Assembly (NCBI GenBank): GCA_963726055.1 | Contig: CAVSAP010000001.1 | Span: forward strand, 131,980 to 195,979 | Length of the DNA: 64,000 nucleotides | Reading direction: 5' to 3' | Source of the DNA: an uncultured Chloroflexia bacterium | GTDB taxonomy: Bacteria; Chloroflexota; Limnocylindria; Limnocylindrales; CSP1-4 | Shown here: piece after piece, positions 37,527 to 46,643 of the stretch | Layout: each line of letters starts with the position of its first letter | Numbering within the stretch: position 1 is the stretch's first letter | Notes under the pieces: model-generated | What the model saw: the letters and a program-made list of their open reading frames with translations, nothing else | Told to the model about the DNA's origin: nothing | Databases searched by the model: none | Translations under genes and position numbers: made by a program

Positions 37527-39002
37527 TCACGAGATCGACGTTCCGCCGAACGCCTCCGGCAAGCGGAGCGAGACGCACGGCTGCCCGCTCCCGGTCGAGG
37601 GCGACGATGACGGTCCGAGCCGACGACCCACTCGTGCGCACCGGCGCCGGCGCAGCCCGCGAGCCGAGCGGCCGGCCTGCCCGGCCGCCGTGCGACCGAC
37701 GAGCGCCTCGCGGTAGGCGACGAGGACCCGCTCGGCGACGTAGTCGGCCCGGAATCGCGGTTCGACGGCCGACCGCAGAACCGCCGGCTCGAACGTCGCG
37801 CGCCGTTCGAGCGCATCGACGATCGCCGTGCCGAGCGCCTCCGGATCGTCGATCGGGACGAGCCCGCCGACAGCTTCGGGGTCGGCGCCGAGGATCTCGC
37901 TCACCCCGCCGGAGTCGGTCGCGACGACCGGCAGGCCTGAGGCGAGGGCCTCGACGGCAACGACGCCGAACGTTTCCCGTGGGCTCGGATGGACGAACAG
38001 GCTCGCTCGCCGCATCGCGGTCGCAATCCCGGCGCGATCGACGGGATCGGCGAATGTCACCGCTCCATCGAGGCCGAGCTCGGCAACAAGCGCCTGCCAG
38101 CGGGCCTCCGTCGCCTCGTCCGGCGAACGGCCGAGCAGCCTGAGGGTGACCGTCGGCCGCCGGGCTCGCGCAATCGCGACCGATCTCAGGAGGTTCTCGA
38201 TCCCCTTCGTCGGCTTCCGATAGCCGACGAACAGCAGCTCGTCATCGACCCGACCCTCGAGCGGGCCGGACGGGAACAGGTCGAGCGGGACCATGTTCGG
38301 CATGACCTCGATCGTGGCGGCATGCTCCGGGAACGCCGTCCGCAGCTCGCCGGCGAGCATCTCGCTGACCGCCAGGGTCCGGTGGGCCCGCCCCAGAGCG
38401 CCCTCATACGCCGCGCGAACGATCGGCGTGGTCACGATCCGCTCGACGAAGGACGAGTGCTCGGTGAGGACCAGCGGCCAGCCGAGTGTCTCCGCGAGGG
38501 CGACAGCAGCGACGCCGTCCGGGTAGACCGTATGGGCGTGGACGACGCCTCTCCGGGCCGCGACCCCCTCCGCGACCAGCCGCCGGCCGAGCGCCAGCAG
38601 CGCAGCCTGGCGATGCGCCGCGGTGTGGGCCGGCCCGGCGGCCGCCGTCAGGCCGTCGGGAATCGACAGGCGCGCCACCGGCAGGCCCGGATCCACGCCC
38701 CACGCCGGCGCCAGGAAGAGCGGTTCGGCCGATTCCACGGCGCCTCGACTGGCCTCGAGCACGCCGGACGCCTGTCGGCCGCGCGAGGCCGCCCCGCCGC
38801 TCAGTCGGGCCGTGTCGAACGTGACGACGGCGACCCGGGCGACGCCCGTTGCCGCGAGCGCCTCGGCCTGGTCGGCGACGAATCGTCCCGCCGCCGGATC
38901 GTCGTATGCCGGGAACCAGCTTGCGACGACGAGGACGTCGATGGCGGTGTCAGCCGGAGGCACGCGCTCCGCCAGCTTCGACCGCGGCGACCCGTCGAGC
39001 AA
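37527..39002 (-). CDS. GT4 family glycosyltransferase
   Basis: Uninterrupted 491-aa ORF with IDVLVVASWFP, LTEHSSF and PSPRETFGVVAVEALASGLPVVATDSGGVSEI. The Arg-rich last ~55 residues may be beyond the natural end. The start overlaps the ATPase gene. Confidence 0.8.
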   Translation of the reverse strand: MLDGSPRSKLAERVPPADTAIDVLVVASWFPAYDDPAAGRFVADQAEALAATGVARVAVVTFDTARLSGGAASRGRQASGVLEASRGAVESAEPLFLAPAWGVDPGLPVARLSIPDGLTAAAGPAHTAAHRQAALLALGRRLVAEGVAARRGVVHAHTVYPDGVAAVALAETLGWPLVLTEHSSFVERIVTTPIVRAAYEGALGRAHRTLAVSEMLAGELRTAFPEHAATIEVMPNMVPLDLFPSGPLEGRVDDELLFVGYRKPTKGIENLLRSVAIARARRPTVTLRLLGRSPDEATEARWQALVAELGLDGAVTFADPVDRAGIATAMRRASLFVHPSPRETFGVVAVEALASGLPVVATDSGGVSEILGADPEAVGGLVPIDDPEALGTAIVDALERRATFEPAVLRSAVEPRFRADYVAERVLVAYREALVGRTAAGQAGRSARGLRRRRCARVGRRLGPSSSPSTGSGQPCVSLRLPEAFGGTSIS

Positions 39003-39789
39003 GCTCCGCCTCGCGGTCGATCCGCGCCTGCTCCGAGCGCTCCTCGTGGAGGGCGACGACCTCGGCCGGCGGACCCTCCAGGATCACGTGCCCCTGGTCG
39101 AGGAGCAGCGCCCGGTTGCAGAATTCCGTGACCCAGGCCATGTCGTGCGTGACCAGGACGATCCCCTTGGCCGCCTTCGTCAGCTCGATGATCCGCTGCT
39201 TGCTCTTTGCCCGGAACACGGCGTCGCCGGTCGAGAGCACCTCGTCGATGATGAGCACGTCGGGGTCGACCGCGGTCGCGATCGCGAAACCGAGCCGGGC
39301 CCGCATGCCGGACGAGTACGTCTTGATCGATGCGTCGATGAACTCGCCGATGTCGGCGAAGTCGACGATCCCCGGCAGCAACTTCTCCATGTCCCGATGC
39401 GGAATGCCGAGGAACGCGCCGGCAAGCCGGATGTTGTCGCGGCCGGACAGGTCCGCGTCGAAGCCGGCACCGAGGGTCAGCAGGCTCGACACGTGGCCGA
39501 CGACGTCGACAGCGCCCTCGTTCGGCTGGATGATCCCGGCGAGGACCTGGAGGAGCGTGCTCTTGCCAGCGCCGTTCGGCCCGATGACGGCCAGACTCTC
39601 GCCGGGTACCACCCGGAACGAGACATCGCGCAGCGCCCAGAAGTGGGTTGGTCCCTCGTGGCGCTTGAACAGGTTCTTGAAGGAGGTGCGGACCGTGGTC
39701 TGGCGCGTCAGACGGAGGTTGTAGCGGACGCCGAGGCGCCTCACATCGATTGCATAGTCCGGCGTCGCCGTGCTGCCGCCGCCGCTCAC
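38950..39789 (-). CDS. polysaccharide/teichoic-acid ABC exporter ATP-binding protein (Wzt/TagH-like)
   Basis: GTG 39789 overlaps the permease stop (GTGA). Walker A is GPNGAGKST, the signature is YSSGMRARL and Walker B is VLIIDE. Confidence 0.9.
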   Translation of the reverse strand: MSGGGSTATPDYAIDVRRLGVRYNLRLTRQTTVRTSFKNLFKRHEGPTHFWALRDVSFRVVPGESLAVIGPNGAGKSTLLQVLAGIIQPNEGAVDVVGHVSSLLTLGAGFDADLSGRDNIRLAGAFLGIPHRDMEKLLPGIVDFADIGEFIDASIKTYSSGMRARLGFAIATAVDPDVLIIDEVLSTGDAVFRAKSKQRIIELTKAAKGIVLVTHDMAWVTEFCNRALLLDQGHVILEGPPAEVVALHEERSEQARIDREAELARRVAAVEAGGARASG

Positions 39790-40640
39790 AGGACCTTCGC
39801 GAACGTGGGCTCGACCCGCTTGAAGAAGAGCATCGCCAGGCACACGCCCACGAGCGACACGACGAGCAGGACTGCCAGGCCGCCCCAGTCGGGGTACGTT
39901 CCGTCGTAGATGACCGCCCGGTACGACTCGAACAGTGGCGTCCACGGGTTGAGCGCCAGGATTTGACCGACGAGCCCGTCCATTCGGTCGGCCACGTCGC
40001 TGAAGTCGTAGAGGGCCGGCGAGAGGTAGAACCACAGGCGAAGGCCGTGCCGGGCAACGTTGGCGATGTCGCGAAAGAAGACGTTGATCGCCGCGACGGT
40101 GATCGCCACCCCGAGGGTGAACACGAACTGGACGACTGCGATCACCGGGATGAGCAACACGAACGCGCTGATCCGATCCGAGTAGAAGAGGATCATCAAG
40201 GCGAAGAGCGGGATCAGCCCGAACACGAAGTTGACGATCCCGCCTACGGTCGCCGCGACCGGCAGCACGATCTTCGGGAACTTCACCTGCTTGATGATTC
40301 GCTCCCGCGATGTCACTGACGTGATCCCGTCATTGACCGCCGACGAGAACCACTTCCAGGGCAGGATGGCGGCGAAGACGAAGAGCGGATAGTCGGGCGT
40401 GTCGATGCGGAAGATGACCGAGACGAGCACGACGTAGACGGCCATCTGGAGGAGCGGATCGAGAATCCACCAGATGTTGCCGAGCAGCGTGTCGGAGCCG
40501 TGTTTCTTGAGGTCGGCCCGGACGAGATACCGGGCGAGCCGCCGATGCGTCCGAATCTCCCGGAATCCCTCGGTGATCAGCTCCAGGGATCCGGGCCTTC
40601 GGGCAGCCCGAAACGTCGGGGCCTCCGCAGTCGTTGCCAT
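39786..40640 (-). CDS. ABC-2 type polysaccharide exporter permease (Wzm/TagG-like)
   Basis: 284-aa six-TM protein with LLGNIWWILDPLLQ and a typical ABC-2 topology. It is the first gene of the minus-strand export operon. Confidence 0.85.
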   Translation of the reverse strand: MATTAEAPTFRAARRPGSLELITEGFREIRTHRRLARYLVRADLKKHGSDTLLGNIWWILDPLLQMAVYVVLVSVIFRIDTPDYPLFVFAAILPWKWFSSAVNDGITSVTSRERIIKQVKFPKIVLPVAATVGGIVNFVFGLIPLFALMILFYSDRISAFVLLIPVIAVVQFVFTLGVAITVAAINVFFRDIANVARHGLRLWFYLSPALYDFSDVADRMDGLVGQILALNPWTPLFESYRAVIYDGTYPDWGGLAVLLVVSLVGVCLAMLFFKRVEPTFAKVL

Positions 40641-40649
40641 GCGCCCGGG

Positions 40650-40655
40650 AGCGTA
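40650..40655 (-). promoter_or_regulatory. -10-like box TACGCT (minus strand), 9 nt upstream of ATG 40640 (leaderless-type start)
   Basis: The plus strand reads AGCGTA at 40650-40655. There is no SD. The expected -35 position coincides with the first unit of the tandem repeat. Confidence 0.35.
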
Positions 40656-40660
40656 TCACC

Positions 40661-40987
40661 GGCGGTCGCCGCATGGCGGCCCAGGGCGGCGTTGCCGCCT
40701 GTGCTCCTCGCTCACGCACGTTTGAGTCCGCTCGCTCCGGTGCTCGGACGGCGCCTTGCCCTGAACCGCCCTGCGGCGACCTTCCGCTGCGTGGCGGTTC
40801 TTGGCGGCCCAGGGCGGCGTTGCCGCCTGCGCTCCTCGCTCACGGGCGTCTGAGCCCGCTCGCTCCGGTGCTCGGACGGCGCCTTGCCCTGAACCGCCCT
40901 GCGGCGACCTTCCGCTGCGTGGCGGTTCTTGGCGGCCCAGGGCGGCGTTGCCGCCTGTGCTCCTCGCTCACGGGCGTCTGAGCCCGC
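40661..40987. repeat. 128-bp GC-rich tandem repeat, 2.4 copies (VNTR-like) in a divergent promoter region
   Basis: TGGCGGCCCAGGGCGGCGTTGCCGCC... recurs at 40674, 40802 and 40930, an exact 128-nt period. Copies 1 and 2 differ at five positions. Copy 3 is truncated at 40987. The unit junction can fold into GCGTGGCGG...CCGCCTGCGC. Confidence 0.9.
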
Positions 40988-41060
40988 GACCGACGGCGGG
41001 TCTCCGGGCGGGCCATGGCCGATAATCGTCGGCGATGTCCCAGACTGCGACCGGCGCGCC

Positions 41061-42122
41061 GTGACGCGACCGTGGCTCGTCCTGCGAGAGGGTGACCGGC
41101 GCCGCTGGGGCGGCGATCTCCGACGCCATTACCTGTTCGACGGCCTGGCAGCCCGGACGGGCGCCCGAATCCTCGAGGATCGGCGGGTTGACCCCTTGAC
41201 CGCGACGTTGCGGGAGCTCCGCGGACCGCGGTGGCAGGTGTGGCGGGGCCGCCCACGGGTCGCCTCGACCGAGTTCCTCATCGAGAAGCAGTTGATCGCG
41301 CTTCGCCGCTTCGCCGAGGCGCTGGTCGTCGATGTCCACGACGACGCGTTCCTCCAGAACGACGCGCTCGGCATCGAGATGTCCCCCGATCAGGCCGACG
41401 CGATCCGGGCCCGGATGCGTTCGAATCGAGAAGCGTTCCCCTGGCTCGTCGCCCCGTCCGCCGCGTTCGCCGACCTCGTCGGCCTCGATCCGGCGCGCGT
41501 CGTCGTTGCATCGAACGGAAGCGACACCGCGACGGTTCGGCCGGCGTCATGGCCCGACCCGCCGGCGGTCGCCTTCATCTCCGGGGCGGCACCGCGACGT
41601 GGGATCGAAGAGCTCGTCGACGCGGTCCGGATCGTCCGCCACCGCCTCCCCGACACGCGTCTCCACCTCTGGCTTGCGTCGACCGGCGACGACAGCCGCG
41701 TCTACCTCGATGCCCTGGCGGCGTCGGTCGCGAACGAGCCGTGGGTCGAGATCGGGCAGACGCCGTACGACGAGCTCGGAACGGCCCTCGGACGAGCGAC
41801 GGTCCTGTGCATCCCGACCCCGGCCCACGCCTACTGGGACTCGGTCGCGCCGGTGAAGCTCTTCGACTGCCTCGCCGCAGGCCGGCCGATCGTGACGACG
41901 CCTCGCCCGGAGACCGCGGCGATCGTGCGTGATCACGAGGCGGGCCTCGTCGCGGAGGACGACGGCGCAGAGGCGCTTGCCGTCCCGCTGTCCGAGCTGC
42001 TCGAGGACGCTGCGAAAGCGCGGGAAATGGGGGCAAACGCCAGAGCGGCGGCCGAACGCGACTACGACTGGCGGGTGATCGGCGAGCGGCTTGCCGACGA
42101 ACTCCTTCCCCGCATCGGCTAG
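41061..42122 (+). CDS. GT-B fold glycosyltransferase (intact paralogue of 36043-37098)
   Basis: The open frame begins inside the repeat. GTG 41061 matches the paralogue N-terminus (..REGDRRRWGGDLRRHYLFDGLAARTGARI). The C-terminal domain carries VAPVKLFDCLAAGRPIVTTPRPETAAIV. Confidence 0.7.
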   Translation: MTRPWLVLREGDRRRWGGDLRRHYLFDGLAARTGARILEDRRVDPLTATLRELRGPRWQVWRGRPRVASTEFLIEKQLIALRRFAEALVVDVHDDAFLQNDALGIEMSPDQADAIRARMRSNREAFPWLVAPSAAFADLVGLDPARVVVASNGSDTATVRPASWPDPPAVAFISGAAPRRGIEELVDAVRIVRHRLPDTRLHLWLASTGDDSRVYLDALAASVANEPWVEIGQTPYDELGTALGRATVLCIPTPAHAYWDSVAPVKLFDCLAAGRPIVTTPRPETAAIVRDHEAGLVAEDDGAEALAVPLSELLEDAAKAREMGANARAAAERDYDWRVIGERLADELLPRIG

Positions 42123-42151
42123 CCTTCCACCCGACACGCAACGGAGACACC

Positions 42152-43489
42152 GTGACCGATCCGACACCCTCGCCGCGCCGTGGCGGCCCCGGCGACGACC
42201 ACCGAATTGCGATCCTCGGCCTCGGCTACGTCGGACTGCCGCTCGCGATCGCGTTCATCGAGGCCGGTCTGGAGGTCGAGGGAATCGACGCCAATGCCTG
42301 GCGCGTCGCCGAGCTGTCGGCCGGTCAGTCTCCGATCGATGACATCTCGAACGATCGACTCAAGGCGGCCATCGACGGTCGACTCAGCGTGGTCGAGCCG
42401 CCGGCAGCGCACCTCTCGGACGCCGACGTCATCGTCGTGTGCGTCCCGACGCCGATCACGCGCTCAAAGGATCCGGACCTCGGCCCGGTCCTGTCGGCCG
42501 CAGCGCTCATCCGCGAGCACCTCCAGGCCGGCCAGCTCGTCATCCTCCAGTCGACGACCTTTCCGGGAACGACGACCGGCCCGTTCCGCGAGGAGCTGGA
42601 ACGATCAGGGCTGCGGGCCGGCCACGACTTCGACCTGGCGTTTGCGCCGGAACGAGTCAATCCGGGCGATCCGGCGAGCGCCTCGAAGGGCGTGCCGCGG
42701 CTCGTCGGCGCTACCACACCTGACGCCACTCACCGCGCGGCGAACCTCCTGGGCCGGATCAACGACCACGTCATCGAGCTGTCGTCGCCGGACGCCGCGG
42801 AGCTGGCGAAGCTCCTCGAGAACGTCTTCCGGAACGTGAACATCGCGCTCGTGAACCAGCTGGCCCTCCTCTGCGAGCGGATGGGACTCGACGTCTGGGA
42901 GGTCATCGACGCCGCGGCGACCAAGCCGTTCGGATTCATGCGATTCACGCCCGGCCCGGGGGTGGGAGGCCACTGCATCCCGGTCGACCCCTATTACCTC
43001 GCCTGGCGCGCCCGCGAGTTCGACTTCATCGACCGTTTCGTCGAGCTGGCCGGCGACATCAACCTCGCGATGCCGCGCCACGTCGTCGACCTCGTCGCGG
43101 AGGCGTTGAACGAGCACGGCAAGGCGCTCCGCGGCGCCAAGGTCGGGATCCTCGGGGTCGCCTTCAAGCCGAACGTGCGCGACTCGCGCAACTCGCCTGC
43201 CGTCGATGTGATCGCGCGTCTTCGTGCCCGCGGCGCCGAGGTCGCGTTCCACGATCCACACGTGACGAGTCTCCGGGACGGCGAGGGCGTGGAACACACC
43301 TCGAAGCCACTCGACGAGCTACTCGAGACGAGCGATGTCGTGGTCGTGGTGACGCCCCATCGAGCGATCGACTTCGGGACCGTCTACGAGCGGGCGGCCC
43401 TCATCGTCGACACGGTGAACAGCTCGCATGGCCGCGAGGTCCGGGCACGACAGGTGCTCCGCCTCGGCGCCGGATGGAGCGGCGCCTGA
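42152..43489 (+). CDS. UDP-glucose/GDP-mannose dehydrogenase family nucleotide-sugar dehydrogenase
   Basis: GGAGA SD. Motifs IAILGLGYVGLPLA, FAPERVNPG and GPGVGGHCIPVDPYY. The frame is uninterrupted. Confidence 0.9.
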   Translation: MTDPTPSPRRGGPGDDHRIAILGLGYVGLPLAIAFIEAGLEVEGIDANAWRVAELSAGQSPIDDISNDRLKAAIDGRLSVVEPPAAHLSDADVIVVCVPTPITRSKDPDLGPVLSAAALIREHLQAGQLVILQSTTFPGTTTGPFREELERSGLRAGHDFDLAFAPERVNPGDPASASKGVPRLVGATTPDATHRAANLLGRINDHVIELSSPDAAELAKLLENVFRNVNIALVNQLALLCERMGLDVWEVIDAAATKPFGFMRFTPGPGVGGHCIPVDPYYLAWRAREFDFIDRFVELAGDINLAMPRHVVDLVAEALNEHGKALRGAKVGILGVAFKPNVRDSRNSPAVDVIARLRARGAEVAFHDPHVTSLRDGEGVEHTSKPLDELLETSDVVVVVTPHRAIDFGTVYERAALIVDTVNSSHGREVRARQVLRLGAGWSGA

Positions 43490-43578
43490 GCACGACGAGC
43501 GGCGCGCGGCGCAGAGCGAGCGACCGGCCCGGTGTCGAGCCGCGAGTGGCGGGACCCGGTGCCCGAAGGCCCGTCGCG

Positions 43579-44781
43579 ATGCTCACTCACTCCTACTACG
43601 ACGAGGATCCCCGCGTCCGTCGCGAGGCGGAATCGCTCGTCGCGGCCGGCCGGCCTGTCGATGTCTACGCCCTTCGCCGGCCCGATGACCCACCCTGGAA
43701 CGAGGTCGACGGCGTCTCCGTTCATCGGCTGAACGTCCAGCGGCATCAGGGCGCAGGGCTCGGGACGTACCTCGTGGAGTACCTCGCGTTCCTGATCCGG
43801 GCCGGGTGGTCGGTCACGGCCGCTCACCGAGGCCGCCAGTACGCCCTCATCCAGGTCCATACGCTGCCTGACTTCCTCGTGGCTGCCGCGCTGCCACTGC
43901 GGCTGGCCCGGGTCCCGGTCCTCCTCGATCTCCACGAGGCGATGCCCGAGTTCTTCAGGAGCCGCTTCCCGCGCGCCGCGAACCCACTGGCGTACCGGCT
44001 GCTCAGGCTCCAGGAGCGCGTCTCGATCGGGCTGGCAACTGCCGCCGTCACGGTCAATCAGGCGATGCGCGAACGGCTCGTCGGGCTCGGCGTGCGGCCG
44101 GAGAAGGTCACGGTCGTGGCCAACAGCCCGTCGCTCGCCCGCTTCGATCCGGCCCGGTACGCGCCGCGGCAATTCGCCGCCGACGGCACCGTGCGACTCG
44201 TCTATGCGGGCGCACTCACGCCGACCTATGAGCTCGACGTCGTCCTCGATGCCCTTGCGTGGATCGCACGGAGCCGACCCGAGCTGGATGTTCACCTGGA
44301 CGTCTTCGGTCGCGGCGACGCAGCCGAGCGGCTCGCCGGCCAGGCCGCGCGGCTCGGACTCGAGGATCGGATCACGTTCCATGGCCGGATTCCGATCGAG
44401 GACGTACCCGCGGCGGTCGCCCGGGCGGACATCGGGGTCGCGCCGACGCGTCGCGATCCCTTCACGGACGTCAGCCTGTCGACGAAGGTCTTCGAGTACG
44501 GGGCGATGGGCAAGCCGGTCGTCGCGTCGCGGCTCCCCATGGTCGAGCGAACATTCCCGCCCGATTCAGTCGCGACGTACGACCCGGGCGATCCTGCCTC
44601 GATGGCCGCGGCCATCCTTTCCTTCGTCGACGATGTGACCGCGCGTCAGGAGGCAGTCGCCCGGACAGCCGAAATCGTGCGGTCGACGGCATGGGAGAGC
44701 GAGGCGCTGCGCTACATCGAGCTTGTCGACCGCCTGGCCGGCCAGGATCCAGGGCAACACGCCGCTGAGCATGGTCCGTGA
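43579..44781 (+). CDS. GT4 family glycosyltransferase
   Basis: The ORF is open from 43474. ATG 43579 gives the typical N-terminus MLTHSYYDEDPRVRREAESL. EX7E-type C-terminal domain (SLSTKVFEYGAMGKPVVASRLPMV). Confidence 0.8.
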   Translation: MLTHSYYDEDPRVRREAESLVAAGRPVDVYALRRPDDPPWNEVDGVSVHRLNVQRHQGAGLGTYLVEYLAFLIRAGWSVTAAHRGRQYALIQVHTLPDFLVAAALPLRLARVPVLLDLHEAMPEFFRSRFPRAANPLAYRLLRLQERVSIGLATAAVTVNQAMRERLVGLGVRPEKVTVVANSPSLARFDPARYAPRQFAADGTVRLVYAGALTPTYELDVVLDALAWIARSRPELDVHLDVFGRGDAAERLAGQAARLGLEDRITFHGRIPIEDVPAAVARADIGVAPTRRDPFTDVSLSTKVFEYGAMGKPVVASRLPMVERTFPPDSVATYDPGDPASMAAAILSFVDDVTARQEAVARTAEIVRSTAWESEALRYIELVDRLAGQDPGQHAAEHGP

Positions 44782-44879
44782 ACCGTGCGAGCGCGAGGAG
44801 GCAAATCCGGGCGGTACGGTACGATACCGGACCCGTCCGATCCCCCTGAACCATCAATACTGCAGGACCGCATCACCCC

Positions 44880-46637
44880 ATGACCTTCCGAGCTAAACCC
44901 GTCGTCAACCGGCCGCATCGACCGTCACGCGAGAGCCAGAGCCGGCGGAACACCTATCTCAATATCGGCTTCGGCATCGCCGTCGCTCTCGCCCTGGTGA
45001 TCCTCGTCGGGGTGGCGGTCGTGAGCTACTACCGCGAGCACCTCGCCCCCGCAGCGTCGGTGAACGGAACGACGATCACGCGAGACGACTTTGCGGAGCG
45101 GGCGGCAATCGAGGCCTGGCGAATCGACCAGGCGGTCGCCCGGGTCAATGCCGCGCTGGCGGCCGGGCGGCTGACGAGTGCGGAAGCGAACCAGCAGATC
45201 CAGACGCTCCAGTCGAACGGCAACCCGGATCAGCTCGCACCCGTCGTCATCGAGAAGCTCATCGACGCCAACATCCAGACCGGCCTCGCGGTCGAGGAGG
45301 GGATCACCGTCACCCCGGAACAGATCGATGCCAGGATCGTGGAGGAGTCGACGACCCCCGAGCAGCGACACGCCTGGATCATCTCGGTCACGCCTGTCAT
45401 CGCCGAGGGCGAGGACGCTCCGAGCGACGCCGACAAGGCCGCCGCAAAGACGGTCGCCGACCAGGCCCTGGCCGACATCACCTCCGGCGACAAGACATGG
45501 GAGGACGTGGCCAAGGCGGTCTCGATGGACAGCTCGAAAGCGACCGGCGGCGACCTGGGCTGGATCGACAAGGAGGCGGCCGAGGACGAGGTCTTCGTCG
45601 ACGCGGTGTTCGCGGCCGAGCAGGGCAAGCCGACCGCCGTCCTCGAGACCGAAGATGGAACGTTTGTCATCGGCCGGGTCACGGAGATCTCGCCGGAAGT
45701 CGTCGACGCCGCCTGGACCGCGAAGCTCGCGGACGCCGGCCTCAAGCTCGAGACGTACCGGGAGGTCGTCGGGACCGAGGTGATCCGCCAGGCCCTCGAG
45801 GACAAGGCGATCGACGCGGCCACGACAGCCGACAAGCAGCGCGAGGTCCTCGAGATCGCGATCCCGGCCCCCCAGCCGGAACCCGGCGACCTGGCGATCA
45901 AGGTCCGCCACATCCTGTTCTCTCCAAGTGACAACCCCAATTCGCAGGCCACGGCAGCGCTGGCGCCGGACGACCCCGCCTGGACCGAGGCCCAGCAATC
46001 CGCCAGGACGGCCTACGAAGAGTTGAAGAAGGACCCGTCGAAGTTCGACGCCATGGCCCGCGAGAAGAGCGACGAGCCATCTGCCCAGGGCGAGACCGGG
46101 AGCGGCGGAAAGCTGCCCTACTTCGACTCGACCAGCGTCGAGACCGGGCTCGACGCGGACTTCGGAGCCGCAATTCTCAAGCCGGAGCTCCAGCCCGGCC
46201 AGTTGCTGGAGCCGGTGAAGAGCGCATTCGGCTGGCATGTGATCCAGGTGATGTCGCGTCCGCCGGACATCGAACAGCTGACACGCATCCGTGAGCAGGC
46301 GGTAGGCGGTGCAGACTTCAAGACCCTTGCACGCGATAACTCGGAGGGCCCGGAGGCGGGCACGGGCGGAGACGTGGGCTGGGTGGCTCCGGGCCTCATG
46401 GACGCGCGGCAACTACGCGCGATCTTTGAGACACCCGTCGGCGAGGTGAGCCAGATCGTGGACATCAAGGATGTCGGCGTCTTCCTGTACAAGGTCGTCG
46501 CCGAGCGGACGCAGACGCCCGACGAGGATCAGCTCGCCACGATCAATGAACAGGCATTCCAGAACTGGTACGGCGAGAAGAAGGATGCGGTGACGATCAC
46601 CCGCGAGCTGCTCACAGACATCGCGCTGGGCCAGTAG
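44880..46637 (+). CDS. membrane-anchored SurA/PrsA-like parvulin peptidyl-prolyl isomerase
   Basis: N-terminal TM helix, a SurA-N-like chaperone region and two PpiC-type segments (KVRHILF...; GGDLGWI; SAFGWHVIQV). Confidence 0.8.
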   Translation: MTFRAKPVVNRPHRPSRESQSRRNTYLNIGFGIAVALALVILVGVAVVSYYREHLAPAASVNGTTITRDDFAERAAIEAWRIDQAVARVNAALAAGRLTSAEANQQIQTLQSNGNPDQLAPVVIEKLIDANIQTGLAVEEGITVTPEQIDARIVEESTTPEQRHAWIISVTPVIAEGEDAPSDADKAAAKTVADQALADITSGDKTWEDVAKAVSMDSSKATGGDLGWIDKEAAEDEVFVDAVFAAEQGKPTAVLETEDGTFVIGRVTEISPEVVDAAWTAKLADAGLKLETYREVVGTEVIRQALEDKAIDAATTADKQREVLEIAIPAPQPEPGDLAIKVRHILFSPSDNPNSQATAALAPDDPAWTEAQQSARTAYEELKKDPSKFDAMAREKSDEPSAQGETGSGGKLPYFDSTSVETGLDADFGAAILKPELQPGQLLEPVKSAFGWHVIQVMSRPPDIEQLTRIREQAVGGADFKTLARDNSEGPEAGTGGDVGWVAPGLMDARQLRAIFETPVGEVSQIVDIKDVGVFLYKVVAERTQTPDEDQLATINEQAFQNWYGEKKDAVTITRELLTDIALGQ

Positions 46638-46643
46638 GGGACG

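Noticed and set aside
40661-40987. Possible CRISPR array
   Set aside because: The 128-nt units are directly contiguous with no unique spacers. The unit is far longer than CRISPR repeats, and no cas genes occur in the window.
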